Assembly (NCBI GenBank): GCA_043228905.1
Contig: JBHGNT010000008.1
Coordinates: forward strand, 19,220,001 to 19,284,000
Length of the DNA stretch: 64,000 bases
Reading direction: 5' to 3'
Source of the DNA: Azolla caroliniana
Lineage: Eukaryota > Plantae > Polypodiophyta
The notes below the pieces were generated by a model. It made no database searches and was not told the DNA's origin. It worked only from the letters and a program-made list of their open reading frames with translations. Below are positions 26,442 to 39,800 of this stretch, in pieces. Numbering within the stretch: position 1 is the first letter of the stretch; each line of letters opens with the position of its first letter. A program made the position numbers and the translations under genes.

Positions 26442-29059
26442 TCGGAGTCTCCCATCCCGTGCTTCATCACATGGTTGGTCTGCTTTGGTTGGGCGATGGT
26501 GGGACAGGATGCAGAGGTGAGGTGAGGCTCCTGCACATCGATGGTGGCCAGGCAAACGGAACGCCGCCATAGCCGCTCCTGCACCATCGCCGATCCGAGC
26601 AGCCCTTGAAGCAGTAGCAGCGCCTGCTCCTGCTCCTTCGATCTGTTGTCTGGAAGACGACCCGATCCAAGAAGCTCCGCCTGCTTCTGCTTCTGCTTCT
26701 TCTGAGATTGGCGATGGTGATGGAGGTAAAGGATCTGCGCTTGCAGGTAGCGGATGTAATGGCCTGCGGCCTGCAGGGCATGGGCCGTGTCCATCTTCGG
26801 CTTGGCTCCATCTACGCCAGGGATCAGCCTCCGCAGCTCCTCCATCCTAACCCTAATCCGCCTCCTCCTCTCTGCTGCCGCCCCTCCTCCTCCTATTCCT
26901 CTCACAATCCTTCCTCCTCCACCATTATCACCACATGATCTCCTGCTCCTGTCTTTATCGATCGGCATGAAGGAGCTATGGCGGAACAGCTGCATCGATG
27001 AAAGGCTTAACCTCCCCACATTCTCGAGCTCTCTGCGTGGTAGCCATGGCGGCAAAGAGGATGACTGTACAATCTCAGCATGATGATTCGACTTGTCATT
27101 CTTCTTCTGATCATCATCATCATCATCATCATCATCATTATAAACAGGAGGAGGTGGAGGAGGATCTGTCTGCTCCACTATCTTCTCCTTCTTTAGATCT
27201 GTATGCAGTATGGGTGATGGTAACAGGTTGCAGCAGAGGTTGCTCACAACTAGGCTAGTCGCCATGGCGGGCAGCACATAACTCTGATTCTGTATCCGCA
27301 TCTTCTTGGACGCATTCTCCTCCTCCTCCTCCTCCTCTTTCTCCTTATCCCTATGATTAGGATATGCATTAGTACGATTTGTGCCAGGATTAGTACGAAA
27401 AGAAGGATTATTAAAGAAATAATATCCTCTTCTAGTCTCATAATCATCATCAGCAGTAACAGTATGGCTAGGACGATGATTAGTCGCAGGATTAGCAGGA
27501 TGATAAGCATTAGCTGAACGATCAGTAGCATGATTAGAGTGAGCCGAGTGATTTGTCGCGGGATTAGCAGCATGATAAGCATTAGCTGAACGATCAGTAG
27601 CATGACTAGAGTGAGCCGAATGATTAGTCGGGGGAATTGCAGGATGATAGGCATTAGCTGAACGATCAGTAGCATGATTAGAGTGAGCCGAATGATTTGT
27701 CGCGAGATTAGCAGGATGATAAGCATTCGCTGAACGATTAGTTGCATGATTAGAGTGAGCAGAATGATTAGAGGATTGATTAGAGCCATATTGGTTAGTG
27801 TTATTAGTTTGGTAAGGACTGGTATAATTCATCGAAGCACCGATATTTTTGATCCGGCCATCATCATGATAATCAGGTTTAGGGTCACTATCATGGATGT
27901 AATCAAAGTAATGACGACGACGACGATTAACATCATCGTCATTATAATTCGTTTCTGCACTAATATCATTCTCTAATGTTTCCTCTTCCACGCCATAACC
28001 ATCTCCATCTTCTACGTTTTCTTCTTCATCATCATCAGAAGAGCTTTCAACCAGAGATGGCATTCTAACATGTTTTTCATGAGCAATGTTATGATAATTA
28101 CCACAGAAATCTTGACCATATATATTGCAATTAGCATGAGCATGGGCAACTAATAAGGTCTGTTCTACAAGAGGATTCATCATCATCTTGTTATTATTAG
28201 CATTCTGATTAGAATTGATAATACATTGTGGGAACAGATAACCATTCTCCTGCACCTGCACAGTCGACCAATTCTTCGTCAGCTCTAATGGCGACCCTGT
28301 ATTATGAGTCTGCGGCTTCTGTATATTGCCATGATGTTTATTGTGTGGTGTGGTCTCAGAAGCCTCATCATCAATTACCATTAAAGAATCTTCACCATAT
28401 ATTGAAGATGGATTAACGGAAGTATGGTTAGAACTAGGTTTCATGCCAAACACCATGGCAGAAAGCTCACATGAAGAATGATTAGCGGCATAACCTGCAG
28501 AATCAACAGGAGCCTGGTTCGGCATGCTCGTATCATTATAATGAGATGCTCTAATTGTTGTAGTAGTTAAAGTACTGTTATCGCAGATTTGATAACTGGT
28601 ACCGACTGTTGGGGCCGCCATACCTGAAATGTTGTCTACAGTAGTATTATGAGCTGAGAGATGATGATGGATGTGGTGGTGGTGATGATGGTGATGGTGA
28701 TGATGATCAGAAGAAGAAAAGGATGTAGAGAGATTAAGGAAGAATATTGAACTAAGATTAGTGGTAATGGAGTTGGCTGCTAGCAGAGGATTAGTGGTAT
28801 TCAGAGATGGAGATATTGGATATGGCGGCGAAGGATTACTTAGGGTTTCTGCAGGCACGCCGCAAGAAGTATGGATCAATGATCTGGAAAGAGAAGCATT
28901 ACAAACAACATCACCAAATGTCGGATTCGGATCTGCAGAAGCAGGAGGAGGAGAAGGAAGAAGAGATTGTGGTAGCTGTGGAGGTGCAGAGAATGGATCA
29001 AGCGCCATATCGTCGTCATGGTTCTTCTTGCAATGATCATGGTTAGGAGCTAATGCCAT
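26411..29059 (-). CDS. Intronless bHLH transcription factor (subfamily VIIIa / AtbHLH52-53-like) with a long low-complexity N-terminus
   Basis: 882-aa ORF with a C-terminal HLH (AAAERRRRIRVRMEELRRLIPG...KMDTAHALQAAGHYIRYLQAQI). This is followed by LQGLLGSAMVQERLWRRSVCL, which resembles the L..LL.S..IQEKLY....CL motif of bHLH52/53-type proteins. Poly-His, poly-Asp and poly-Glu tracts are present. Confidence 0.8.
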   Translation of the reverse strand: MALAPNHDHCKKNHDDDMALDPFSAPPQLPQSLLPSPPPASADPNPTFGDVVCNASLSRSLIHTSCGVPAETLSNPSPPYPISPSLNTTNPLLAANSITTNLSSIFFLNLSTSFSSSDHHHHHHHHHHHIHHHLSAHNTTVDNISGMAAPTVGTSYQICDNSTLTTTTIRASHYNDTSMPNQAPVDSAGYAANHSSCELSAMVFGMKPSSNHTSVNPSSIYGEDSLMVIDDEASETTPHNKHHGNIQKPQTHNTGSPLELTKNWSTVQVQENGYLFPQCIINSNQNANNNKMMMNPLVEQTLLVAHAHANCNIYGQDFCGNYHNIAHEKHVRMPSLVESSSDDDEEENVEDGDGYGVEEETLENDISAETNYNDDDVNRRRRHYFDYIHDSDPKPDYHDDGRIKNIGASMNYTSPYQTNNTNQYGSNQSSNHSAHSNHATNRSANAYHPANLATNHSAHSNHATDRSANAYHPAIPPTNHSAHSSHATDRSANAYHAANPATNHSAHSNHATDRSANAYHPANPATNHRPSHTVTADDDYETRRGYYFFNNPSFRTNPGTNRTNAYPNHRDKEKEEEEEEENASKKMRIQNQSYVLPAMATSLVVSNLCCNLLPSPILHTDLKKEKIVEQTDPPPPPPVYNDDDDDDDDDQKKNDKSNHHAEIVQSSSLPPWLPRRELENVGRLSLSSMQLFRHSSFMPIDKDRSRRSCGDNGGGGRIVRGIGGGGAAAERRRRIRVRMEELRRLIPGVDGAKPKMDTAHALQAAGHYIRYLQAQILYLHHHRQSQKKQKQKQAELLGSGRLPDNRSKEQEQALLLLQGLLGSAMVQERLWRRSVCLATIDVQEPHLTSASCPTIAQPKQTNHVMKHGMGDSETLNLQHSKP
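27478..27770 (-). repeat. Coding 72-bp tandem repeat (4 x 24 aa) inside the bHLH gene
   Basis: Peptide unit NHSAHSNHATDRSANAYHPANPAT is repeated 4 times with small variations. Confidence 0.9.
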
Positions 29060-29364
29060 AGCTGCGAGAGAGAGAGAGCAAGGGGGGGGGAAGGGATCAG
29101 AACTCTGCTGTTTAAGAAAATGCAGAGGAGTGAGGATGAGAGAAGCAGAAGCAGGAGAGACATGGATGCTTCACTTCCAACTCTGAAGAAGAAGAAGAAG
29201 AAGAAAAACAGAGCAAAAAATGAAAATAAAAATTCAAAAAACACAGACAAATACATGACTTATATTTACACTTAATTTATTTATTTCAAGAAGAAGAAGA
29301 AAAACAGAGCAAAAAATGAAAGTAAAAAAATGAAAGAACATAGACAAATACATTTAAATATGTA

Positions 29365-29492
29365 CTTATTTATTTATTTCATCTATATTTATCTTATACT
29401 TATTTATTTATTTCATCTATATTTATCTTATACTTATTTATTTATTTCATCTATATTTATCTTATACTTATTTATTTATTTCATCTATATAT
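29365..29492. repeat. AT-rich ~34-bp minisatellite
   Basis: CTTATTTATTTATTTCATCTATATTTATCTTATA repeated about 4 times. Confidence 0.8.
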
Positions 29493-29762
29493 ATTTAAAA
29501 ATAATAATAATACATGATATGAGTATGCAGTTGCATTTAGAATAATTTTATTTACTTATTTTTTCCTTTTATTTATAATCTAAAGAAAAAGAAAAGATTA
29601 GTAGTTGGCAGTTGCATTTAAAATAGATTTATAGTTACTTCATTTGTCATTTTATTTATAATTTTTGCATGATTAGTAGTTGCATTTAAAACATAGCCAA
29701 TCATTATCAATCCATCATCATTTCAATTAAGATTTGGATCTTATCATTGTATTGCTTGTGCG

Positions 29763-30085
<323 letters not shown>

Positions 30086-33000
30086 GACCTCTCGACCTAG
30101 ACATAGTTCGTTCCGATCGTTTAGTGCTCTTGTATCGTCTAGTATGTTTTATTTAATGAATTGGACAGATCTCTCGGCTTCTTTAAATTGTACAAATCTT
30201 GTCTTTTTCATTTAGTAATAATGTGAGCACACGGAGGTCTCGTCTTTGGTAGTATACATACATATATGTGTATTGCTACATGTATAATGGTGTGCATACA
30301 TGTGTTTATTTATACATGTGTATATACAAGCATGATATCTTCTATGTACCCACATGTGTATATATATTTAAAGTGTGAAACACACGTACACAAAAACATG
30401 CCTTTAAATGGCATTTTTGTACATCTTAAAACACACTCTAGATCTTGTTGGGCCATGATACATACATTTAATGTCACCTTAAAATTTTTGATTCATTATT
30501 AATCACCCATCCCATCATTCATTGTGCACACACACACACCCCATTGTCCTAGTGGCCTAGTAACGACTATATACATACATATATGTATATAGATATATAT
30601 ATTTCATTCAAAATTTTCACATACGTTTTGCAATGGGTCACCATCCTTGCCACTTTAAAAAACAAATCTATTTTGTGTGACACCCAAGCTCTCCAAGTGA
30701 TCTATGGAAACAAAAACACACTCGTATTTCTGCTTCAATTTTTAGCTGTCCTGAGGAGCGTTATCTCAATGTGAGGTTATGAAGCGTAGGAATTCCTTAT
30801 ATGTTTGAAGTTTTACGGATGTTGCTACTAGTAACACATATAGTGCAATGCAATGTAATTTAAAAGTAGAGGGATAAACTAAACACACCTTGTTGAAGTT
30901 GTTGCAACACCTACAATAATGGGCATGTGAATATAGCAAAGATGACTTAGTTATAGATGAAATGATGTTACTTCAGCTAGTCTTTAGCATACCTTATTTG
31001 AGTGCACTCATGGATTCAAGAGAAGGAACATAATGCACACACAATAATATCCATTGAGTGAACTCTGGAGGAGAACATGACATAGCCACCATCTGATAAT
31101 GTCTTATCATTTTGGATTCTTCACTCGAGAGAAGATGCCATAAGCCCCATGGTATCCATTGGGGTCGAAGAAAACATAGATTATCACAAGTAATTGAGTA
31201 TATTGATTTGACAAACATTTATCCATGAAATACAATATGACTAGATGTGGTAGAATCATGGTCACTACTACATGGTGAGTTTTTTGCTTCAAAGCTTTTA
31301 GGAAAGAAATCTGACTTGCATGTTTTATCATGTAATTAGAATTGACACGGGGACCTCCACGAATGACCAGCACACAAATGCTAAAAAAATGCTCCCATAA
31401 CCTACATCATTAGCCCACACTACAAAAGACCAACAACATTTGAAGTGCGAGCCAAATTTATTATGTATTATGGAATGTAAATGTAATTCTTTTTGCTTTT
31501 GGAATGGAAAAAGTCATTCTACAATGATTTGATTGATATTCTTTACCTATTGTAATTTGTGTTTCATTCTTTATTGGCGTATGGGTGGGTGGCCAATAAT
31601 TATAATAAGGGGCAATTCTTTCTTTGTTTAAATAACTCGCAACAAAACACTCATAACATTATATTCTCCACATATCACCCGAAAGGAAACTTTTCCTTAC
31701 TATATGCACTAGATTTTTATTGTCCCAAAGATAACTATGAGGCTTTTTTAATTTGAGTAATTAAAAACATTGTTATCTATTTTAATAGACATTGGACTAA
31801 CAACAACATTGTGAACATGTTGATATGGATACAAATAGAGGTCACGACATTAACGAAGAGATTTTGAGGGAAGTCATCAACCAAGCATTGTGCTCCAAGA
31901 AATATTAGAGCATGGGTTGGTCTTTTAGAGTGAATTTGTCAAATTTAAAATCCCTTTTAGAATCGTCCTTCAATGACTTCATGTTACCCAAGTATATTAT
32001 ATTTCTCCTAATCCTCCTTGAATGACTTTACATACTAGAAGTATACTATATTACTTTCACACCATTTCAATGTGAGGAGCAAAATCTTATATAGATTTGG
32101 GTGTGAAGTGATGTAGGCCACATAATTATAGTGTAGCTTATAACGGTTCTTGTCTACTCATCCAATATATGCTTGTAAGTATTACCAACACTTGCCTTTT
32201 GACCAGATCATGCCATCAAAGTTAGAAATATTGTTATTTAGGATTGAACCCAAATTGGTTATGTAATATATAAGTGTTTGTGCTTGATCTACCATGCCAT
32301 CAAATATACTCACGAGCTTGGTTCATGAGACTTTATCAAAAGCGTTGGACATGTTGGAGGTCTTTTGAAGGCATAAGTTTTAGTTGGTCTAAGTTTCCAA
32401 TCTTAAGTCCCTTTTTCTTTTGTATGTAACACTATTCCAAGAGCTAAAAGAAAGTTTTTTAGAAAAAAAAAGAAAAAAAGAGAGAGCTAAAAGAAAGTGT
32501 TGTCACGGGGAAATGATAGGAAAAAGTTGCACAATTTCACGTTAACTTGAACAAAGGTATGACCGTAGTTATCATTGACAATAGTGACATTTTTAAACAA
32601 TAAATATCACCAACTCCATTTACCCTTGCACACTCTTTATAGATTAAATAAAAGTTCTCTTTTCTCGATGGATTGGAAAAGTGAAGAAGGGAGATGATTT
32701 TGACTCCTCAATGGAATTATTAAAACAATGTTTACATGAGAGATACTAAAATTAGAAGCACTTTTTTATATTTGCATTCAATGGACTAATGTTGGTGTTG
32801 TGTAAAACACCCCTTTTTGATTGTCGGATTTATGGAAATAGTTTTGTGGAAGTGGCCAATATTTCTGATTCATGAATGCCCCATTATGAAGAATAAGGCA
32901 ATCAATTCTATGAGTATAACGTGAACATTATTGTTGTCATGGAGTGGGTCAAGGCTAGCATTCAAATGCTTGTACAAAAGTGCAAGGATCAATGCATGGA

Positions 33001-33819
33001 CCTTGGGCCATATAAATGTGTATAGGGTTTCCCCATCCACGACCTCTTAAATGTTAGGGATTAATTTTCACATTGCTATTAAAAAGCAAGTTAATTTGGA
33101 ACTTTTCTTTTCATTTATCGAGGTTATCATTTGAACCAAGAAGATGTTGGCCAAACACCCATTTTGCGTTACGATTTAGTGGCAATACTTTGATTTAAAA
33201 CACTTCACATTCAATATCCTTGCACACTACTACGTGAACAAGGGACACTTGTACATAAACATCTTAATAATTCTTTGAACGCGAGCTCCTTTACGTATAT
33301 TCTTGCACCAATGCAAAAGAGTAATAGATTAATTAAATTGGTTCTTAATGATAGTTTTATGCGAAAAAATTACGCTTAGGTTTAATTCTTTACTATGCAA
33401 TCAAGAATCAATCAAACCTCTCGTACACTAAAAGACCATTGGGTTTTTCCCCAATTAAATTTGACTTGAAGTCAAGAACCATGGATTTACATTTGAGAAA
33501 ACAAACAAGGGATCATGGATTCTTAGTCAAGAATCTTAAGACTTTAGTGAAGAACCATAGACTACAATGATTTGATTCTCATATAGTCGAGAATCATTGA
33601 CTCACATATAGTCAAGAGCCATTGATATATATGGTCACGCATAGTCGACTCTCATAAAGTCGAGGTTCAACGAATCTTATTTAGTCAAGATTCATCAACT
33701 CTATACAATCAAGCATCACTAGCTCTCATGTGTAGACAAGTAATTGCACAAATAGTGTGTGCTATGATCAATGTATTGAGACTTTGAAAAGGGCAATGTT
33801 TTTTGTGTTTTGTTTACTT

Positions 33820-36800
33820 TTAACTAGCAAGAGTTGCTTGTGGAGGTTCACTTCCCGGTATGCTTTGCAACAAAACTTGAGAGTATTCAGGAGAGTAATA
33901 ATGCACAATCTCGATAGGATACACACTGTTGATATGGTCCACAAGTTTCTTCGATTCGGACCCTGCATCAAGATGCAACTTTTGCAACTTGTCAAACCCT
34001 CCGGAAGTTACAAATCGAGTCCTTGAATCTGGATCATTTACAAGAACCTTAGAAAGTTGCCTAATAACCAACTCTAAAATATCTTCAGGTAATGCCGGCC
34101 CCTACAAGCAACACCAAAGAAATCAAGCCAAAATTATAGGTCAAGTTTAAGCAAAAGACAAGACCACACGTTTTTTTGAATTGCCTACAAGTCAACACCA
34201 AAGAAAACAATCCAAAGTCAAAGGTCAAGTTTAAGAAAAAGACAAGACCACAAGTTTTTATTATTTATTTTATGATTGGGAAAAGAAAAAACCAAGCATT
34301 TTTGTATTCATTTACCTGGAGCAATGAATCTAAAGGTTGCAAATGAGTAAGGTTCCCAACTATAGCTTTGAGTGCATTTTTACACTTGTTTCTAAGGTCT
34401 TCACTACTTCCTGGATGGAGGAAGGTTGAGAGTAGCTTGGGGAGAACACCAAATTTGGCAGTCATTAAAGCATGAGAAGAGCTATGCTTTCCAATCTGCC
34501 CGAATGACCAATCACTTGCACTCTTTATGTGGTCCTCTTCCTCATTGGTGAATGCATCAAGAAGAGGCGGAATAGCATTCAAATTTATCATAGTATTTGC
34601 AAGATCTTTATCGTGCGAAGCAATATATCCGAGCGTCATAATACCTGAACATCAATAGGAGTTTTCTCTCTCTCTCTCTCTCTCGTGTCATAATGCATTG
34701 ACAAACTAGAAGAAATAACACTTACTCGATGTATTGGAAACATTATGTCAAATCCACGGATTAACTATTAACATAGATAAAACAAAACAATAGCTATAAT
34801 GACTAAAAATTGAAACACTACCCCACTTTTACATACAAGGGAGAACTAATACAAGTAGTCCAAAGCTTTAAATATCTTAGTGTTAATGTCCATCAACAAA
34901 TAGGTGGAAAGTATGCTACAAGTCTAGAATTCAAGTTAGGTTCAAATAATTATTATATGTTTTAGAATCAAAGCAAACTAAACTGCTACTTGCGGTTGAG
35001 ATGTGGAATTGATATTATTCAATGCTATGATAAGTGTTATTTTATGGAGTGGAAGTGTGGGGTAGCATTGAATGAAATAGAGAAAATAAAAAAATTGTTC
35101 TTGCGTAGAAAATTGGGAGTTAAATCCTAAACATGCTAATAGAAACAAGCACTCGGCCCATAGAGATGCTCGCCATGCAAAGACTATACATGTATATACA
35201 AAAGTTGAGAATATGCATGATTAGAGATTGCCAAAACAGGCTTGGGAGTATAGGATGAAAGGTACTAAAAACAAATAAGAGCAAAATCCTAGGTGCTCGA
35301 CATTACTAAATGGTTTAAAAGATGGGTGTAAAAGGTCTATAAGAGTTCTCAGGTGATGATATGGAGTACATAAGATTCTAAGGATGAAGTAACAACATGC
35401 TAAATTGTCAAAATTGAAATATTACATTGCACATGTCAAAATGAAAGAATGCATCCAACTGCATCTTACTACCCCCATGAGCCTTGGCTCTCGAAGAGCC
35501 TTAATATTTCTTCAAACCTGCTCACACAAACTTAGGTGTTGAGGTAGACTTCTGGCATCTTCATCCAAGAAAATAGAAACTTATTATTTAGTAAAGAAAG
35601 TTTCAAGGCCATAAGCACAATAGTGTACGACATTTATAAAAAATAACAAACCTCAAAGGGAATGTGAGAAATCACAAGTATCCGTCTCAACTCATGGTAG
35701 AATATCCAATCTTTTTCTTTTGTAAAAGTATAGCAATATTACACCACTAAAGTGTGCACAAAAGGGTATCCGGAGAAATGAGGAATACATTACCCCCACC
35801 CCAAAATAAATATGGAACATGACATTCTTTTGACAAATTTCCATACAACCAAGCATGGGCACATATCAGCCAAAGATCTACATCATTAATATAATAATTT
35901 AAAGTGTGAAGTAACATGTGCCAAAAGGGGCCTTTAAAACTAAATGCCCTCTTAACTATGTTGAAAATTGGAGCATAATTTCTAGGTACCCAATAAGGTT
36001 CACAAGCCATACAAAAGGACATCAACTTCCACTTATAGGAAAAGCTAATCCTAGAGTCCCCATGATTCAATAAAATCAGATTGATCTTTTTCAACACCAT
36101 TGAACTCATACCTATTAAGAATGTTTCAATGTGTTAGATATATCCACTAGTTATGGGTGGAAATGCCTAGTAGCATGAGAAATAACCAACATGAGATGGT
36201 GAGTAAGAACTAGAATTAGAATTAGAATTTTTATCGTCCATAAAGAGGCCAGTTTTGACCTATGGGACCAGAGTATACATGTGTTCTTGATATGTGTCTC
36301 CTTCCTAAGAAGGGTATTCATATAATGAAGCACAAATTCTCTATGCGTGAATAAAGCATACACATATGGGCTCAACCTTCTAGGTGGTGTCTTAAGTATG
36401 GCACTTGAGTTATCACTCCCTCTTAGTATGTCAACACATCTTGAACGAATTGCACCATATGTTGAACATGTGAAGAGCAAGTGACATTCATCCTCTACCA
36501 TGCCTTCATTGCATACTTTACATGCCTTCAAATTCGTTACATTTTGATACCATGATGCAACTTCAATACCTAACTTGTGAGATCGAGTGCTAAGTAGTGT
36601 AAGGGCTCTACGAGCATTACTATTCATATTGGTAATGAGATAAGGTTGGATACGATCAATTGGCATTCTTGCTTTATATTGAGACCAACATTCAGGGTTA
36701 ACATTTGCAATGTAGTATTCTAGCTTTGTCCTCTTAGCATATTCCCACTTCATCCTTAATGATTCTACCAACCTTTCCTCAATCATTACATAATGCATAG

Positions 36801-39800
36801 CATCACCTGAAAGCTCTAAAAGATCATCCACACCTCATCTTCTAAACCATTTCCTTATGTCAACAACCCAACCGGATGAGAGAATCTCACTCTTATGATT
36901 CTTTTGTAGTTTACATCCAACATTCCAAGCAAGATGTGCTAATCGATGATTCAACATATTCTTGACTTTTGTAATGTATCTAAATACTCTTTGGAGTGCC
37001 AATATTTCTATGGGTCGAACACCTGTTTCCAAGAGCATAACTTTGTAAGAGGTAGTGCTTTTAACTCCTAATTTTCTCCTTAAAAACATCTTTGAATTTT
37101 CTCAATCTCATTCCATGCGTTAAGAGAGATGGTGTCACCCCATACTTCTACTCCATAAAACAATACTTGAGTTACCATGGCATTGAACAACATTAGTTTT
37201 ATTTCCCATCCACAAGTATCACTTTGGTTGCATTGGTTCTCCAAACGGTAATACGATTTCCAACCGGCTTAAAGCCTAGAATCAAAGAATGCACTCCATT
37301 TATTTGTGGCGGGTGCGTTAACACCAAGATATTTACAACTTTGAACAAATTGTATATGTTCACCTCTATATGTGAGCATATGGTAATGATGAGGTTGGAT
37401 GGTTTGCATTGCCATCATTTTTGTTTTCTCTACATTCACTGCTAGTCCACTACTATGGAAAAATTCTTCTAATACCCCAAGTAAATGTTGCATACTATCA
37501 ACATTATATGAGAAGAGTACCATATCATCTGAAGCAATAAGATAGCATGTTGCATCAATTTGGGGGCATTCAATCCTTCTTCTCTTGCAACCTTATTCAC
37601 AACTTCTTCTAATTTATCAATACATAAGCCAAAGAGTGTGGGTGATTGTGGACATCCTTGCTTGACCCTCATGTTAATTAAAAAGTACTTTGAGAATCCA
37701 CTATCCATTTTTAGTTGGCATTTAACTTGCTCATATAGGCGTGCAACAACAACTCGGTACTCTAATGGCATGTCAATCTCCTTCACTCTATTGTAAAGCT
37801 CACTTTGTGGTATGGAATCAAAAGCTTTCTTGAAATCAACAAAACAACAATAAAGTGTTTCTCCTTGTAGTTGACTCTCTTCCATGATTACTCTTAATGT
37901 GACCAAATGATCCACAGTGGAGTGTTTTGGTCTAAATCCTACTTGCTCAAGTGCTCTTTTGCTTGTACTTTCAGCTCATGTGCTTACCTTTTGCTCCATA
38001 ATAGTGCTATATAATTTAGCAATATTGAGCTCACCATTATTGTACGATAATTTGATACTTGATTCTTATCTCCGGCTTTAAATATTGGTTTGATCCAATT
38101 CATAAGCCAATCATTTGGAAAACCTTGTTTTATAGCTTGCTCTATAATTGTCATTATCCCATGATGAGTATGTGGTCTTGTCCATTTTAAAAGCTCACTT
38201 GAGACGTAGGTTACATTTGCTGATTTCCCACTCACCATCTTCTTTATTCCCTAATTATGATTATGATTTTTTTACCTACCAAATTGATTGCCAACCATCT
38301 TGATTTTTTTACCTACATTAGAACATAGCACTCAAGGAAATATTGGACTTATTCTCTAAGTTAACCACCAAGAAGTGAGCAGCCTAGATAAGAGCACAAA
38401 CAATGGAACCACTATGAATTCATGATGAGCGAGTTGCAAAAACATTTAATGTGTCCATTTAAGGGAAGGTGGTGAAACATGATATCTTGGATATAGGCAA
38501 TTGAGTCATTGTGATCCTCAAGCATATGGCTAGGAGTGCAATCTAAAATGGGAGTCAATCTACGTCAATGTTTGAAAGGTAGTGCCCAAGTTATTTTTAA
38601 AAGAAGACTTAATGATAGTGACAAGATTGGACTTCATGGTCACCATCACGACTCTCTCTATTAAAACTCAACAAGAGCATTACAAAATATGTCTTGGAAA
38701 ATGAAAAAGTACAATATTATTGACTCATGGACTTGGTGGACAAGAATAGGAAAAACAAGGAAGATGTAGATTTAGGACAAAATGAAGACTTGAATTCTAC
38801 GGCACACCCGAGGAAGGCGTTGATGATGAAGAGAAAGAGCTGTTATTGGAAGGAAAGTTTCAGTTGGTATATTTCTTCATTGTCCATGCAAATTGGGTTC
38901 CAAATTACATGGTCTATATGCAAGACAAACTACTATTGCTTGATCTCATTGATACCTACTTGTTTAACCCTTGATTGACTTGTGTAGGATGAGAACGAGT
39001 GATAGTAATAATGCCTTGATTCTTTGGTAACAAGAATGAGGGGGGCATGATAAAGACGGGTGTGCCTTAAGTGCACAACAATTTTCTCTTGCTCAATCTA
39101 TTGTAATCCCTTTCTAAAAGTTCTAGTAAAGACCTTAATGTTATGTGCTTGCCATATGTTTAATATCCACACTATTGAAAGGAAATACGTTGACATTATT
39201 GGTGTCAAGAATAGAAATGTACATACATGCTACGAAATATGCACAAGATACAAGATGTTAAGAATATAAGGTTTTGCAAACACTCTAATCTAAAACGGCA
39301 TAAAGCATTCATTGTAAAAACCTATAAAAGCCATTTTTATGCCCTTTTGTATTCCTCCTCCACTTGAATACCTAGGCTAGATCTCTTTCATTAACCTTTG
39401 CCCCCAATGTAACCAAGAGCGCAACTTAATTTTTGGGGGATTGACATGTGTTTTATGTCACTTTTCAACGGAATATAGTTGATATCTTATCGTGATTTGA
39501 TTATTTTATTTAAATTAATCAAAGTGTTTGTTAAGTCTAATAGGTTTAAGTCACATGTTGATTTCTTACCGTGATTTCAACATTTCGATTATTTAATTGA
39601 AGTGTTTGTTGTGTTTAATTGAAGTTATGTTCATTTAATTAAGTGTGAGAAGGGAGAGTTTAATGAGGGTTTACTCTTAATTGGCTAACACTAGTCTAGT
39701 GGCTAAAGACGGTTGACTCCTATATCTTCTTATGTCATTGGCAATAAGGTAGATGTTGATCCGAAACCCCCCTAATATGATGATCTTGGTGTGAGAACAA

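Noticed and set aside
26467-29046. Alternative-frame and antisense ORFs in the bHLH locus
   Set aside because: They are shadow ORFs arising from low-complexity and repeat sequence, with no recognisable domains.
30700-33400. Possible decayed DNA-transposon coding remnants (also 15.5-16.8, 25.2-26.0 and 38.3-40.3 kb)
   Set aside because: Sequence texture suggests old TE debris, but I could not identify diagnostic motifs or termini.
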